Both the position numbers and the translations under genes were made by a program. 48,820 nt of DNA from Minisyncoccota bacterium. Lineage in GTDB: Bacteria > Patescibacteriota > Minisyncoccia > Minisyncoccales > GWA2-38-27. This document shows, piece by piece, positions 17,124 to 26,328 of the stretch. The stretch covers positions 73,521 through 122,340 of the forward strand of contig JAQTZP010000003.1 of NCBI GenBank assembly GCA_028687715.1. Direction: 5' to 3'. How positions within the stretch are numbered: position 1 is the first letter of the stretch; every line of letters begins with the position of its first letter. Below the pieces are notes generated by a model. It ran no database searches, was not told the origin of the DNA, and saw only the letters and a program-made list of their open reading frames with translations.

Positions 17124-17152
17124 ATGTTTGTTTGTTATTTTGTATCTAATGA

Positions 17153-20100
17153 TTATTTAAAAATAAACTCTTTAACTCTTTTAATAAACTCATTAACAGC
17201 AGTAAAGATACTTGCGAATTGATTCTCTAAGTTATTTAACTCTACTGTCTGATTAGGCTTTTCAATAAACCCATAAGTGGGAACATTTTTAACGCCGTAA
17301 ACCTGAATCTCATTTACATGCCTCCAGTCTCTTCCTGACGATGCCTCTATGGTAATCTTTCTTACTTTAGCTTCATAAGGAAGCTTTTCTGAAAAGGGAA
17401 TGCTGTTTGCTGAGTTATAGGGACGAGATAAAACCGTATTGCCTGATGAGTCATAAAAATAAATGGTTCCAGAATTGCCTCCATTTGTTCCCTGGCACAT
17501 TATTGAATAACCAGAGACCCAGTATTCATCCATTAAATCAATATACAAGTGGGCTTTGCCGGTATTAGTGTCTGAAGTATCTCCGTATCCTTCTGCGCTC
17601 CACCAGGTAGAATTATTGCCGTCTACTGCATATTTAGGACTTTCAGGCTTTCCGTAATCAGAGGCAGCTGGCTTGTTCAAAGCTATGTTAATATTGTAAG
17701 ACTTGTAATCATTCTTTATCTCTTCTGCCGTTAAACCATAATTATATAATTTAACCTCATCTATTAACCCATCAAAGTAATTGCTTCCTATGAGTCCTCC
17801 TATGGTTAAAGATGAACCTTTATCAGTATATGAGTAGTATTGGGTAAGTGTTTGGGAATATGCTCCGTCTATATAGATATGCCAAGCCTTAGAAGTATTA
17901 ATATTAACTGCCACTATATCATATTTATGCCAGTTAGTGTCTATAGCAGTATTAGTGCTTCTGGTTGAGACAAGCTTGTATCCTCCATCAGAGCTTGTAA
18001 ATATGCTCCATTTATCAGTTGAAGCAGGAATATATACAGCCCACATTCTCTTGTTTGTGGCATAATCCCACATAGAGATGGGATAGGAGTTAATAGCATA
18101 ATCACTCTTGTTTGATTTGGCCCAGAAGCTGATGGTCATTATGTCTGAATATAATGAGGGGTGGTATGGGATCTTTACATAATCATCTATTCCATCAAGC
18201 TTTATTGCTTTGCCTGATTTGCCTTCTGTATATTCTGGATTCCCAGAGGCTGTTCCGTGGTTTGAACCAGAAGAATCTTGGGTGTTGTTTTCGAATTTGT
18301 AGTGAGAGACTAAAGAAGAGCCTAAAATTGTAAAGGGCATCTCATTGCTTTTTCCTCCTGAAGGCGTAGTAACGCTTATGTATTTTATCTCTGGCTTTGC
18401 ATCAGCTGAAATTATATACCTGGCGCTCATTTCTGTATCAGAGATTTCCCCGCATAACTCAAGCTTAAAATCTTTATCAAGCAAAGGAGAAAGTCCGCAG
18501 CCATTAAGAGAACCTGCTCCTTTGAAATTCTCTCCCCTTATCGTAATATCCACCATTGTTCCTTGTTTTGCCTCTGATGGCGAAATACCTATTATTTTTG
18601 GCTGTTTAGTAGGACCTGCCGAAGCCTTAGTTAATCTGCCTGCTTGTATGCCTCCTCTAAATATTATATCGGCATGGTTATAAGGACCATAGTTAGAATC
18701 TCCCTTAATAATTCCCCAGCTGATGTTATTGGGCGAATCGTCTATAAGGGATAGTTGAATAGAATCCCCTTCATCTTCAAATTGTTCCATATTTCCATAA
18801 ACATATATTTTCCTGACTTCATAATCGGGAATAATAATGCCGTTTTGCTCAAAATTAAAGGTAATAGTACCGGTTACTATTCCTCCTGCCAAATGAACGT
18901 TTCCTTCTGTTGAATCAAGCGTTTGACCATTCTCGTCTTTAAGGGTAAAACTTAATGGCTGATAATCTGTATCTCTAACACGACCTTCTACATCTATTGT
19001 TATAAGGCTATTCAATAATTTATCAAAAATGATGCTATCTCCTTTACCTCCTGCCTCTATACCGATAGCCACCCCCCTGTTTGCTATATTAAAAACAGCT
19101 AAAAGAGTATCTTTAGCAGGGATAAAATCACCGCTTGGCGAATCAGCGCTTTTTGAGAGATAAGGTCTAGTACTGTATACATACATTAAATCAGCGCTGG
19201 CAGTATCATTTGAGTCTACTGATCTCCCAGATGTTATTTTAGTTGCTTCAACTTTAGAAATAGAGACTTGGATAGAAGTTCCGTTCTTCACGATATCGTT
19301 ATCAGTATATTTAACAATGCCGGCTATTGTAATTACCTTACTTTCATTAACAGGAATAGTAAGGGCATTATTCTCAAAACTAACAGAAACGTAATCATCG
19401 GAAGAATAAATCGATTCTAATAATTTATTCCCGTCATAGAAAAATAATCTATCAATAGCTAAACTATTTAATACATTCAATTGAATCTTATCTAAATCCA
19501 ATGCTTCATCAGAATTATTAGAAATATTAAATTGTCCTAAAATAGCATAATATCCTCCCATTATTATATCGCTTAAAGGTGAAGAACTGTCTGTTTTAAC
19601 AGATAAGCTATGCTCAATATCAACACAGGTCCCATTGTAGCAGGCTTTGCCTTCAGGACAAGAACCGCAATTAATCTGATTTCCGCAGCCATCATCCCAA
19701 CTTCCGCATTCTTTGTTTAACTCTAAACATGTTTTAGAATAACAGAAGCCTTCATAATCTTCTTTAATTTTTTCTGCTGTTAAACCATAATTATATAACT
19801 TTACCTCATCTATTAATCCATCAAAGTAATTGCTTCCTATAAGTCCTCCTATGGTTAAAGATGAACCTTTGTCAGTATATGAGTAGTATTGGGTTAATCT
19901 TTGTAAGTAAGAACCGTCAATGTAGAAATCCCAGGTCTTGTTAGTATTGTTTACAACTATATCGTATTTATGCCAGTTAGTGTCTATAGCAGTATTAGTG
20001 CTTCTGGTTGAGACAAGCTTGTATCCTCCATCAGAGCTTGTAAATATGCTCCATTTATCAGTTGAAGCAGGAATATATACAGCCCACATTCTCTTGTTAG

Positions 20101-23100
20101 TGGCATAATCCCACATAGAGATGGGATAGGAGTTAATAGCATAATCACTCTTGTTTGATTTGGCCCAGAAGCTGATGGTCATTGTATCTGAATATAATGA
20201 GGGGTTGTATGGGATCTTTACATAATCATCTATTCCATCAAGCTTTATTGCTTTGCCTGATTTCCCTTCTGTATACTCTGGATTCCCAGAGGCTGTTCCG
20301 TGGTTTGAACCAGAAGAGTCTTGGGTGTTGTTTTCGAATTTGTAGTGAGAGACTAAATTACTGGTATATCTTCCGGTGCGCTGATTATCATGCATAAAAC
20401 TAGGCCAAGTAATATTTTTGCTTTTATACTCTCCATCTAGTTCCCATACATATATACTATTTCTTAATTTACTTTTTACGAAATCACGATCACCATCAGA
20501 ACTTGCAATTAATTCTAATTTTCCATCATTATCAATATCAGCTATTACAGCAGGAGCTTCAGCCCAAATTTCTGCATATTTTGGAAAACCATTTACTTCA
20601 GTTCCATTAAAATTCCAAGCATAAACATCAGTCCCAGTAGTTGTTAAAATATCTAAAAGATTATCATTATTTATATCTCCCATAATAGATGAATAATAAC
20701 TGTCCCATCCAGTATATTCAGGCCATCCATTTAATAAAGTTCCATCATGGTGAATTAGATACGTGCTATAACCTAATTGATTAACTGCAATCTCTAAATC
20801 CCCATCGTTATCGATATCGCCCAATGAAGGAGTAGACCAAAATAGCTCACCTTTTCGAAAAGGAAATCCAGGAAGAATATTACCGTTTCTATCAAAAGCA
20901 TAAAGTCCTCCGTATCTCGGATCATACCCTACATTGCTTGAATATAATAACCCGACAACAATATCTTCCTTTCCATTATTGTCAATATCAGCGACCACTG
21001 GAGAAGAAAAAATCTCTCCTGGCACCAGACGCGGCCACCCAGATACTATGGAGCCGTCTAAGTTATAAACATAAATTATTCCTTCATTTATCCATTCATT
21101 CTTGCTGTAATCAAAACCTGCTTTTTCAGAAGGACCTGCTGAAACAATTTCTAATTCTGGATCATTATCAAAATTACCTACTGCAGGAGAAGAAACTATC
21201 GCTGCACCAAAGGTAATGGGAGGTAAATTCCATTGAGAAATTATATTGCCATTTTTATTAACAATAACCATTTTTTCGCTTTTAGCGTCATTGCCTTTAA
21301 ATACAATCTCTTTGTTGCCATCTAAATTCAAATCAGCCATAAGCATTGTTGGTTTTAATTCCTCTGAAGGCATTGAGGCAGACCACAATAAAGAACCATC
21401 ATGATTATAGACATATAATCTTCTTTGCGTATAATTATATTCAATAATCTCATCATAGCCATCATTATCAATATCTCCCACTAAAGGAATAGGGATATTT
21501 AGGCCTGTCAGATATTCATTGTTAGCGCCAAATACAGCCTTCCATAATAAGTCTCCTTTATGATTATAAACAAGAATTTCAGGCTTTCCTCCTTTCGCTA
21601 CAATTATTTCTTTATAGCCGTCTTTATTAATATCCGCTGCAACCGGTTCAAGAAAACCTGCCCAATGATAATTTGTACTGTAGTAGTCTGTTAAATTAAT
21701 ATTTTTAGATTCATCAACTTTTATTGTATTTACACTATTTGAATTATTAATTCCATTTTTATTATTGGAAATTAAAGTAAAAAATTTAGAATTAGTCAGT
21801 ACCTGACTTCCAAACTGTTGGTTGTAAAAATCATAATTAACATATTGAGGCCAGCCTTTTTTTAATGTAGGATCTAAATGAATATAATCTATATATTTTA
21901 AAAAAAATGTGTTATCATTTTTAATTAAAGTTAACTTTATCTTATAATAACCAGCAGTAGTTATTTTTGAAGTATCCCAACTAGCCAAAACGCCTTCAAT
22001 AATAGGTTTTGTCCCTCCGTCTATAAGGGTTATTCCTTCAGAACTCCAGACTGAATAAGATATATTTTCATATTCAATTTTATAATTCTTAAAATTAGGA
22101 CCTGGTGCAGTTCCTCTTATTTGGATTATATCTCCCGCCCTAAAAACATCATTGTTTAAAGGAAAAATTAACTTAGGAGCTAAATCCAAAGTTATATTTG
22201 AAGTTGTAGTTTTTTCCGAGGTAATAATTACCTTTGTAGTTTTATCTAAATAATCTTCTTTTGTTACTTTCAAATCCCTCATCCCTGGAAGCAGTTCGGT
22301 TAATAAAGGAGTTTTTCCCAGATAAACAAATTTTCCTGTATCTAAATGTTTAACAAAAACATTGGCATCTGAGGGCTTAGAGGTTATAGATAATTTTCCC
22401 GTATTTAAATAATCTATCTCTAAAGCCTTATTTATATTCACCCTTCCAGCGCCGATATAATATCTATCTTCATTTGAGGCATCAACGCCTTCTTTTAAAA
22501 TCATTTCTACCTGGTTAACCGTCCAATTAGACTTTTTAGATAAGATTAATCCAGCTAATCCAGCAACATAAGGCGTTGCCATTGAAGTACCAGATAACTT
22601 CCAGTAGCCATTAGCAACTTTCGAAAAAGGATTCTTAATCGCTATTTGACTGTCGTCTTTCATTGTTGAGATAATATCTACTCCAGGAGCAGCAACATCG
22701 GTTAAGTAGCCGAAACTGGAAAACCATGCCCTTTTATCCTGCGAGCTGGTAGCTGCCACAGAAATAACGCCGTCATAACACGCCGGATAAAGTACAGATT
22801 CGTAACTATCGTTTCCTGCAGCAGCAACTAATACTACATTTTTACTATACGCATAATCTACAGCGTCTCTTATTGTATCCGAATCATCATACCCTCCAAA
22901 ACTCATGCTTATCACATTAGCCCCATTGTCTGCGGCATAATATATTGCATTGGCAATCTCAGAATCTGCTAAGCCCGCTGCCCTCAAAGACATAATTCTA
23001 CAATTATGACAAACCCCTGCTATTCCCTTTCCATTATTTGAAACTCCTGCGGCAATACCCGCGCAATGAGTTCCATGGCCATACTCATCCATTGGATTAT

Positions 23101-23839
23101 TATCTTCTCCTAAACAATCATCTATGCAATAACTTTGCCTGGAAGTATTTGTAAAGTCCCACCCCATAATATCGTCTATATATCCATTATTATCATCATC
23201 AACTCCATTATTTTGAATTTCGTCTCCATTAGTCCAAATATTATTTATTAAATCTTCATGCTGCCAATCAACCCCTGTATCTATTATCGCGATTACAATA
23301 TTGATATTTCCTTTTTCAATATCCCAACCAAACTCTGCTTTTGTAATCTGATGAGCCCATTGTTGAGAATATAAGGTATCATTTGGGGTAAAAAGAGTAT
23401 TGTAAGTATAATTAGGTTGGGCATATTCAACATTCAAATCTTTTTGAAGCTCTTTTACAATATTTAAAGTGTCAGAAGAATTAACTTCTATTAAAACTAC
23501 TTTATTTAAGTTTACTTTTTTTGTTTTCTCAAAAATTCTTTTGAAACTTTTAGCTTTATACTTATCTAAAACCTGATTGATTGATTTTTTATTTGTCTGA
23601 ATTAAGGCACCGGAATAAGACTCCTGCACTGCTTTTTTGCTGATAAGTATATCTTCTTTGAATTTGACTATTATCTGGCCTTCAATATATTCTTTTTTTG
23701 ATTCTTTAACCTCAGTTATATTACTAGATGTCTGCCCTTGCGTAATAACCGCTTTCACATCTAAAATACCCATAGTTAATAAATAAAAAGAAACTACTAA
23801 AAAAGCAGTAAATAAAAAAATAGGTTTGAGATTTTTCAT
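17153..23839 (-). CDS. giant secreted multidomain protein: subtilisin-like S8 peptidase + FG-GAP/VCBS repeats + 2x LamG + IPT/TIG + F5/8 type C (discoidin)
   Basis: 2228 aa with a signal peptide. The S8 triad motifs are IIDTGVD, HGTHCAG and SGTSMATP. At least seven D.(D/N).(D/N)G..(E/D)I calcium-loop FG-GAP repeats are present (for example GDIDNDGYDEII, GDIDNDGDLEIAV, DIDNDGKLELIA). Two LamG-like blocks run from LVSHYKFENN to LIDEVKLYNYGLTAEE. An IPT-like block reads PKIIGISPSEAKQGTMVDITIRGENF. The C-terminal discoidin-like block reads NIALNKPA..YAVDGNNSTWWSAEG. Confidence 0.85.
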   Translation of the reverse strand: MKNLKPIFLFTAFLVVSFYLLTMGILDVKAVITQGQTSSNITEVKESKKEYIEGQIIVKFKEDILISKKAVQESYSGALIQTNKKSINQVLDKYKAKSFKRIFEKTKKVNLNKVVLIEVNSSDTLNIVKELQKDLNVEYAQPNYTYNTLFTPNDTLYSQQWAHQITKAEFGWDIEKGNINIVIAIIDTGVDWQHEDLINNIWTNGDEIQNNGVDDDNNGYIDDIMGWDFTNTSRQSYCIDDCLGEDNNPMDEYGHGTHCAGIAAGVSNNGKGIAGVCHNCRIMSLRAAGLADSEIANAIYYAADNGANVISMSFGGYDDSDTIRDAVDYAYSKNVVLVAAAGNDSYESVLYPACYDGVISVAATSSQDKRAWFSSFGYLTDVAAPGVDIISTMKDDSQIAIKNPFSKVANGYWKLSGTSMATPYVAGLAGLILSKKSNWTVNQVEMILKEGVDASNEDRYYIGAGRVNINKALEIDYLNTGKLSITSKPSDANVFVKHLDTGKFVYLGKTPLLTELLPGMRDLKVTKEDYLDKTTKVIITSEKTTTSNITLDLAPKLIFPLNNDVFRAGDIIQIRGTAPGPNFKNYKIEYENISYSVWSSEGITLIDGGTKPIIEGVLASWDTSKITTAGYYKIKLTLIKNDNTFFLKYIDYIHLDPTLKKGWPQYVNYDFYNQQFGSQVLTNSKFFTLISNNKNGINNSNSVNTIKVDESKNINLTDYYSTNYHWAGFLEPVAADINKDGYKEIIVAKGGKPEILVYNHKGDLLWKAVFGANNEYLTGLNIPIPLVGDIDNDGYDEIIEYNYTQRRLYVYNHDGSLLWSASMPSEELKPTMLMADLNLDGNKEIVFKGNDAKSEKMVIVNKNGNIISQWNLPPITFGAAIVSSPAVGNFDNDPELEIVSAGPSEKAGFDYSKNEWINEGIIYVYNLDGSIVSGWPRLVPGEIFSSPVVADIDNNGKEDIVVGLLYSSNVGYDPRYGGLYAFDRNGNILPGFPFRKGELFWSTPSLGDIDNDGDLEIAVNQLGYSTYLIHHDGTLLNGWPEYTGWDSYYSSIMGDINNDNLLDILTTTGTDVYAWNFNGTEVNGFPKYAEIWAEAPAVIADIDNDGKLELIASSDGDRDFVKSKLRNSIYVWELDGEYKSKNITWPSFMHDNQRTGRYTSNLVSHYKFENNTQDSSGSNHGTASGNPEYTEGKSGKAIKLDGIDDYVKIPYNPSLYSDTMTISFWAKSNKSDYAINSYPISMWDYATNKRMWAVYIPASTDKWSIFTSSDGGYKLVSTRSTNTAIDTNWHKYDIVVNNTNKTWDFYIDGSYLQRLTQYYSYTDKGSSLTIGGLIGSNYFDGLIDEVKLYNYGLTAEKIKEDYEGFCYSKTCLELNKECGSWDDGCGNQINCGSCPEGKACYNGTCVDIEHSLSVKTDSSSPLSDIIMGGYYAILGQFNISNNSDEALDLDKIQLNVLNSLAIDRLFFYDGNKLLESIYSSDDYVSVSFENNALTIPVNESKVITIAGIVKYTDNDIVKNGTSIQVSISKVEATKITSGRSVDSNDTASADLMYVYSTRPYLSKSADSPSGDFIPAKDTLLAVFNIANRGVAIGIEAGGKGDSIIFDKLLNSLITIDVEGRVRDTDYQPLSFTLKDENGQTLDSTEGNVHLAGGIVTGTITFNFEQNGIIIPDYEVRKIYVYGNMEQFEDEGDSIQLSLIDDSPNNISWGIIKGDSNYGPYNHADIIFRGGIQAGRLTKASAGPTKQPKIIGISPSEAKQGTMVDITIRGENFKGAGSLNGCGLSPLLDKDFKLELCGEISDTEMSARYIISADAKPEIKYISVTTPSGGKSNEMPFTILGSSLVSHYKFENNTQDSSGSNHGTASGNPEYTEGKSGKAIKLDGIDDYVKIPYHPSLYSDIMTISFWAKSNKSDYAINSYPISMWDYATNKRMWAVYIPASTDKWSIFTSSDGGYKLVSTRSTNTAIDTNWHKYDIVAVNINTSKAWHIYIDGAYSQTLTQYYSYTDKGSSLTIGGLIGSNYFDGLIDEVKLYNYGLTAEEIKNDYKSYNINIALNKPAASDYGKPESPKYAVDGNNSTWWSAEGYGDTSDTNTGKAHLYIDLMDEYWVSGYSIMCQGTNGGNSGTIYFYDSSGNTVLSRPYNSANSIPFSEKLPYEAKVRKITIEASSGRDWRHVNEIQVYGVKNVPTYGFIEKPNQTVELNNLENQFASIFTAVNEFIKRVKEFIFK
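17712..18313 (-). repeat. internal LamG-coding duplication, C-terminal copy
   Basis: Aligns with 19755-20356 at an offset of 2043 nt (in frame). The segment 17925-18313 has about 7 mismatches in ~385 nt by eye; the remainder is more diverged and has a 1-codon indel. Confidence 0.85.
19755..20356 (-). repeat. internal LamG-coding duplication, N-terminal copy
   Basis: Partner of 17712-18313. Confidence 0.85.
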
Positions 23840-23910
23840 AGTGTTTATTTAATTAACTTTGCTCATTATTTAATAATATCTCTACTATCAATAAATATCA
23901 ATCTAACTAC

Positions 23911-25476
23911 CTACATCTTCTCAACAGCAGAAACACCCATTAAGTCTAAAGTGTTCTTTAAGACTATTTTTACCGCTAAAACCAATAATAATCTTTCCTG
24001 GCTGACCCTTATATCCTCTGATATCACTTTGCAGTTTTCATAGAATCTATGAAAAGCGTCTGAAATATCAACTGCGTATTGAGGCAGTTTTGAAACAGAA
24101 TAATCTTTTAAAATATCCTCTATAACCTCATCAAACCTAATAACTTGTTTAATAAGCTCTAATTCTGATTTATGGTGAATCAGATTAAAATCAGTCTTCT
24201 TCAGCCTTATCTTTGATTTTCTTAAAATGCTTGATATTCTGGCATAAGCGTACTGGACATAATAAACAGGATTGTTTTTTGACTCCTCTTTTGCCAAGCT
24301 CATATCAAAATTAAGATGGCTGTTGTAGTCTCTTGTTAGAAAGAAAAACCTTGCTGCGTCTAATCCAACCTCGTCAATTACTTCGTCTAAGGTGATATAA
24401 TCTCCTGTTCTCTTAGACATCCTTACTTCTTTTTTATCCCTAATAAGTCTGACAAGCTGAAAGATTATAATCTCTACATCTTCTTTATTATATCCTAAAG
24501 CTTGAGCTGCTGCTTTTAATCTGTTTACATATCCATGATGATCAGCTCCCCAGAAAAGTATCAGCTTTTTAAATCCTCTTTTGAACTTATTTAAAAGATA
24601 AGCAATATCAGATAAAAGATAAGTTTCTTCTTTGTTTTCTTTTATCAGGACCCTGTCTTTATCATCGCCGAATTCTGTTGATTTAAACCATAAAGCATTA
24701 TCTTTTTGATAACTTAGCCCCTTATCTTTTAATATCTTTAAAGCTTTGTCAATCTCTTTGCTTTTATACAAGCTTTTCTCTGAACTCCACTTGTCAAACC
24801 TTATCTTCATCTTTTTCAAAGACTCCTTAATCATCTCTTTTAAAATAATCTTAGCTGCTTTCTCGCCTGCCTTATCTCTGTCTTTTTCTTTAATCCTTTT
24901 TTTCAGCTCTTCAATATACTTTCCCTGATAGACTGCTTCTTTATCGCCAACAACAGAATGGCCCAGTTTTCTAATCTGCTCTCCTTTGTCATTTACATAA
25001 TACTCTTTTGTCACATTATACCCTGCTTTTTTCAAAACATTGGATAAAACATCCCCTGAAAATCCTCCTCTGCCGTTTCCCAAGGTTAAAGGACCTGTTG
25101 GATTGGCAGAGACAAACTCCACATTTACTTTTTGGCCCTTTCCAATTTTAAGGCTGCCGAACTTGTCTTTTTTCTTTAAAACCTCTTTTAAGCTCTTTTT
25201 TAAATAATCTTCAGACACAAAGAAATTAATAAAGCCGGGAGAGACAACTTTAACCTCTTTTACAACTCCCTGCTTCTTTATCTTTGAACTTATCATTTCT
25301 GCTGTATCCATCGGGCTCTTATTTAAATTCTTAGCTATCTTTAAAGCTATATTTGTCGAATAATCCCCATAGATATCATTTTTAGGATATTCAACCAAAA
25401 TCTCAGGGATTTTAAATCCCTTTAGGTTCTCTTTTATTGAATCTTCTATTATCTTTTTTATCTCATTTTTTATCAT
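23911..25476 (-). CDS. argS: arginine--tRNA ligase (HIGH signature replaced by TLGN)
   Basis: 521 aa. VEFVSANPTGPLTLGNGRGG aligns with the canonical SANPTGPLH(I/L/V)GH. The MSKRTGDYITLDE region and the DALR anticodon-binding end (YVQYAYARISSILRK) are also present. Confidence 0.85.
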   Translation of the reverse strand: MIKNEIKKIIEDSIKENLKGFKIPEILVEYPKNDIYGDYSTNIALKIAKNLNKSPMDTAEMISSKIKKQGVVKEVKVVSPGFINFFVSEDYLKKSLKEVLKKKDKFGSLKIGKGQKVNVEFVSANPTGPLTLGNGRGGFSGDVLSNVLKKAGYNVTKEYYVNDKGEQIRKLGHSVVGDKEAVYQGKYIEELKKRIKEKDRDKAGEKAAKIILKEMIKESLKKMKIRFDKWSSEKSLYKSKEIDKALKILKDKGLSYQKDNALWFKSTEFGDDKDRVLIKENKEETYLLSDIAYLLNKFKRGFKKLILFWGADHHGYVNRLKAAAQALGYNKEDVEIIIFQLVRLIRDKKEVRMSKRTGDYITLDEVIDEVGLDAARFFFLTRDYNSHLNFDMSLAKEESKNNPVYYVQYAYARISSILRKSKIRLKKTDFNLIHHKSELELIKQVIRFDEVIEDILKDYSVSKLPQYAVDISDAFHRFYENCKVISEDIRVSQERLLLVLAVKIVLKNTLDLMGVSAVEKM

Positions 25477-25519
25477 TATTTCAGTTTAGCCTATTTTCTG
25501 CTAAAATGTAAGTGAACGT

Positions 25520-25969
25520 ATGAAAATCTTTTCCGAAAACAAAAAGGCATATTTTAACTATAGAATTCTTGAAGAATTTGAGGCAGGAATGATTTTAACA
25601 GGCCATGAAGTAAAATCAATAAAGTCTGGGAAAATAAGCTTGGACGGCTCTTATGTTGTTTTAAAAGACCAAGAAGTCTACCTTATCGGAGCCAACATCG
25701 CTCCTTATCAAGCCAAGAATACGCCCAAAGACTATGACCCTGAAAAAGCTAGAAAGCTTCTTTTAAATAAATCAGAGATAAATTATTTAATAGGAAAAAC
25801 AAGGCAAAAAGGTCTTGCCCTAGTTCCCTTGAAAATATATACTAAAAATGCTAAAATAAAGATGGTTTTTGGCATTGCTAAAGGCAAGAAGAAGTTTGAT
25901 AAAAGGGAGGATATTAAAAAAAGGGATACAGAGAGAGAAATCAAAAGAGAGATTAATTTAAGGGGGTGA
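25520..25969 (+). CDS. smpB: SsrA-binding protein
   Basis: 149 aa. ENKKAYFNYRILEEFEAGMILTGHEVKSIK..GANIAPY is typical of SmpB, and the basic C-terminal tail is present. Confidence 0.9.
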   Translation: MKIFSENKKAYFNYRILEEFEAGMILTGHEVKSIKSGKISLDGSYVVLKDQEVYLIGANIAPYQAKNTPKDYDPEKARKLLLNKSEINYLIGKTRQKGLALVPLKIYTKNAKIKMVFGIAKGKKKFDKREDIKKRDTEREIKREINLRG

Positions 25970-26315
25970 AAGGATTCGACAGGAATATTTTCTTAAATTA
26001 GGCAAGCCGAGTATTCTCAAATCTCGCAAAACTTTGAGAAAAGAATATAAGTGCCAACTTATTTTCAAACAAACTTGCTTTAGCTTACGCTTAAGGCAGC
26101 ATCGGTTCAAGCGATTCTCGATAGCTTGAAACCGGTGTCATATTTATCGAGATAGACAATTTCTTTCTCCTTAAAGAAACTGCTCGAAAGAAAAAAGGAT
26201 AGGATATTGGAATTTTTCTTATTTTCTATCCAATATCTTAAAAATAAGATAAGATAAGCTTGTAGAATAATTTAGGTTAAATTTCTGGATACGAGTTCAA
26301 TTCTCGTCACCTCCA
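25962..26315 (+). ncRNA. ssrA: tmRNA (SsrA), standard one-piece
   Basis: The 5' end GGGGGTGAAAGGATTCGACAGG and 3' end GGATACGAGTTCAATTCTCGTCACCTCCA form an acceptor stem with a G3:U pair. GCAAGCCGAG and CTCGCAAAA boxes match the E. coli layout. The tag ORF GCC AAC ... GCT TAA (26053-26094) encodes ANLFSNKLALAYA. CCA is not encoded. The RNA overlaps the last 8 nt of smpB. Confidence 0.85.
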
Positions 26316-26328
26316 CATTATAAATTTA

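Noticed and set aside
17712-20356. The LamG duplication as a diversity-generating retroelement template/variable repeat pair.
   Set aside because: The mismatches between the copies include t/a, a/g, g/t, g/c and t/c changes rather than adenine-specific substitutions. Both copies are in-frame parts of one gene, and no reverse transcriptase is in the window.
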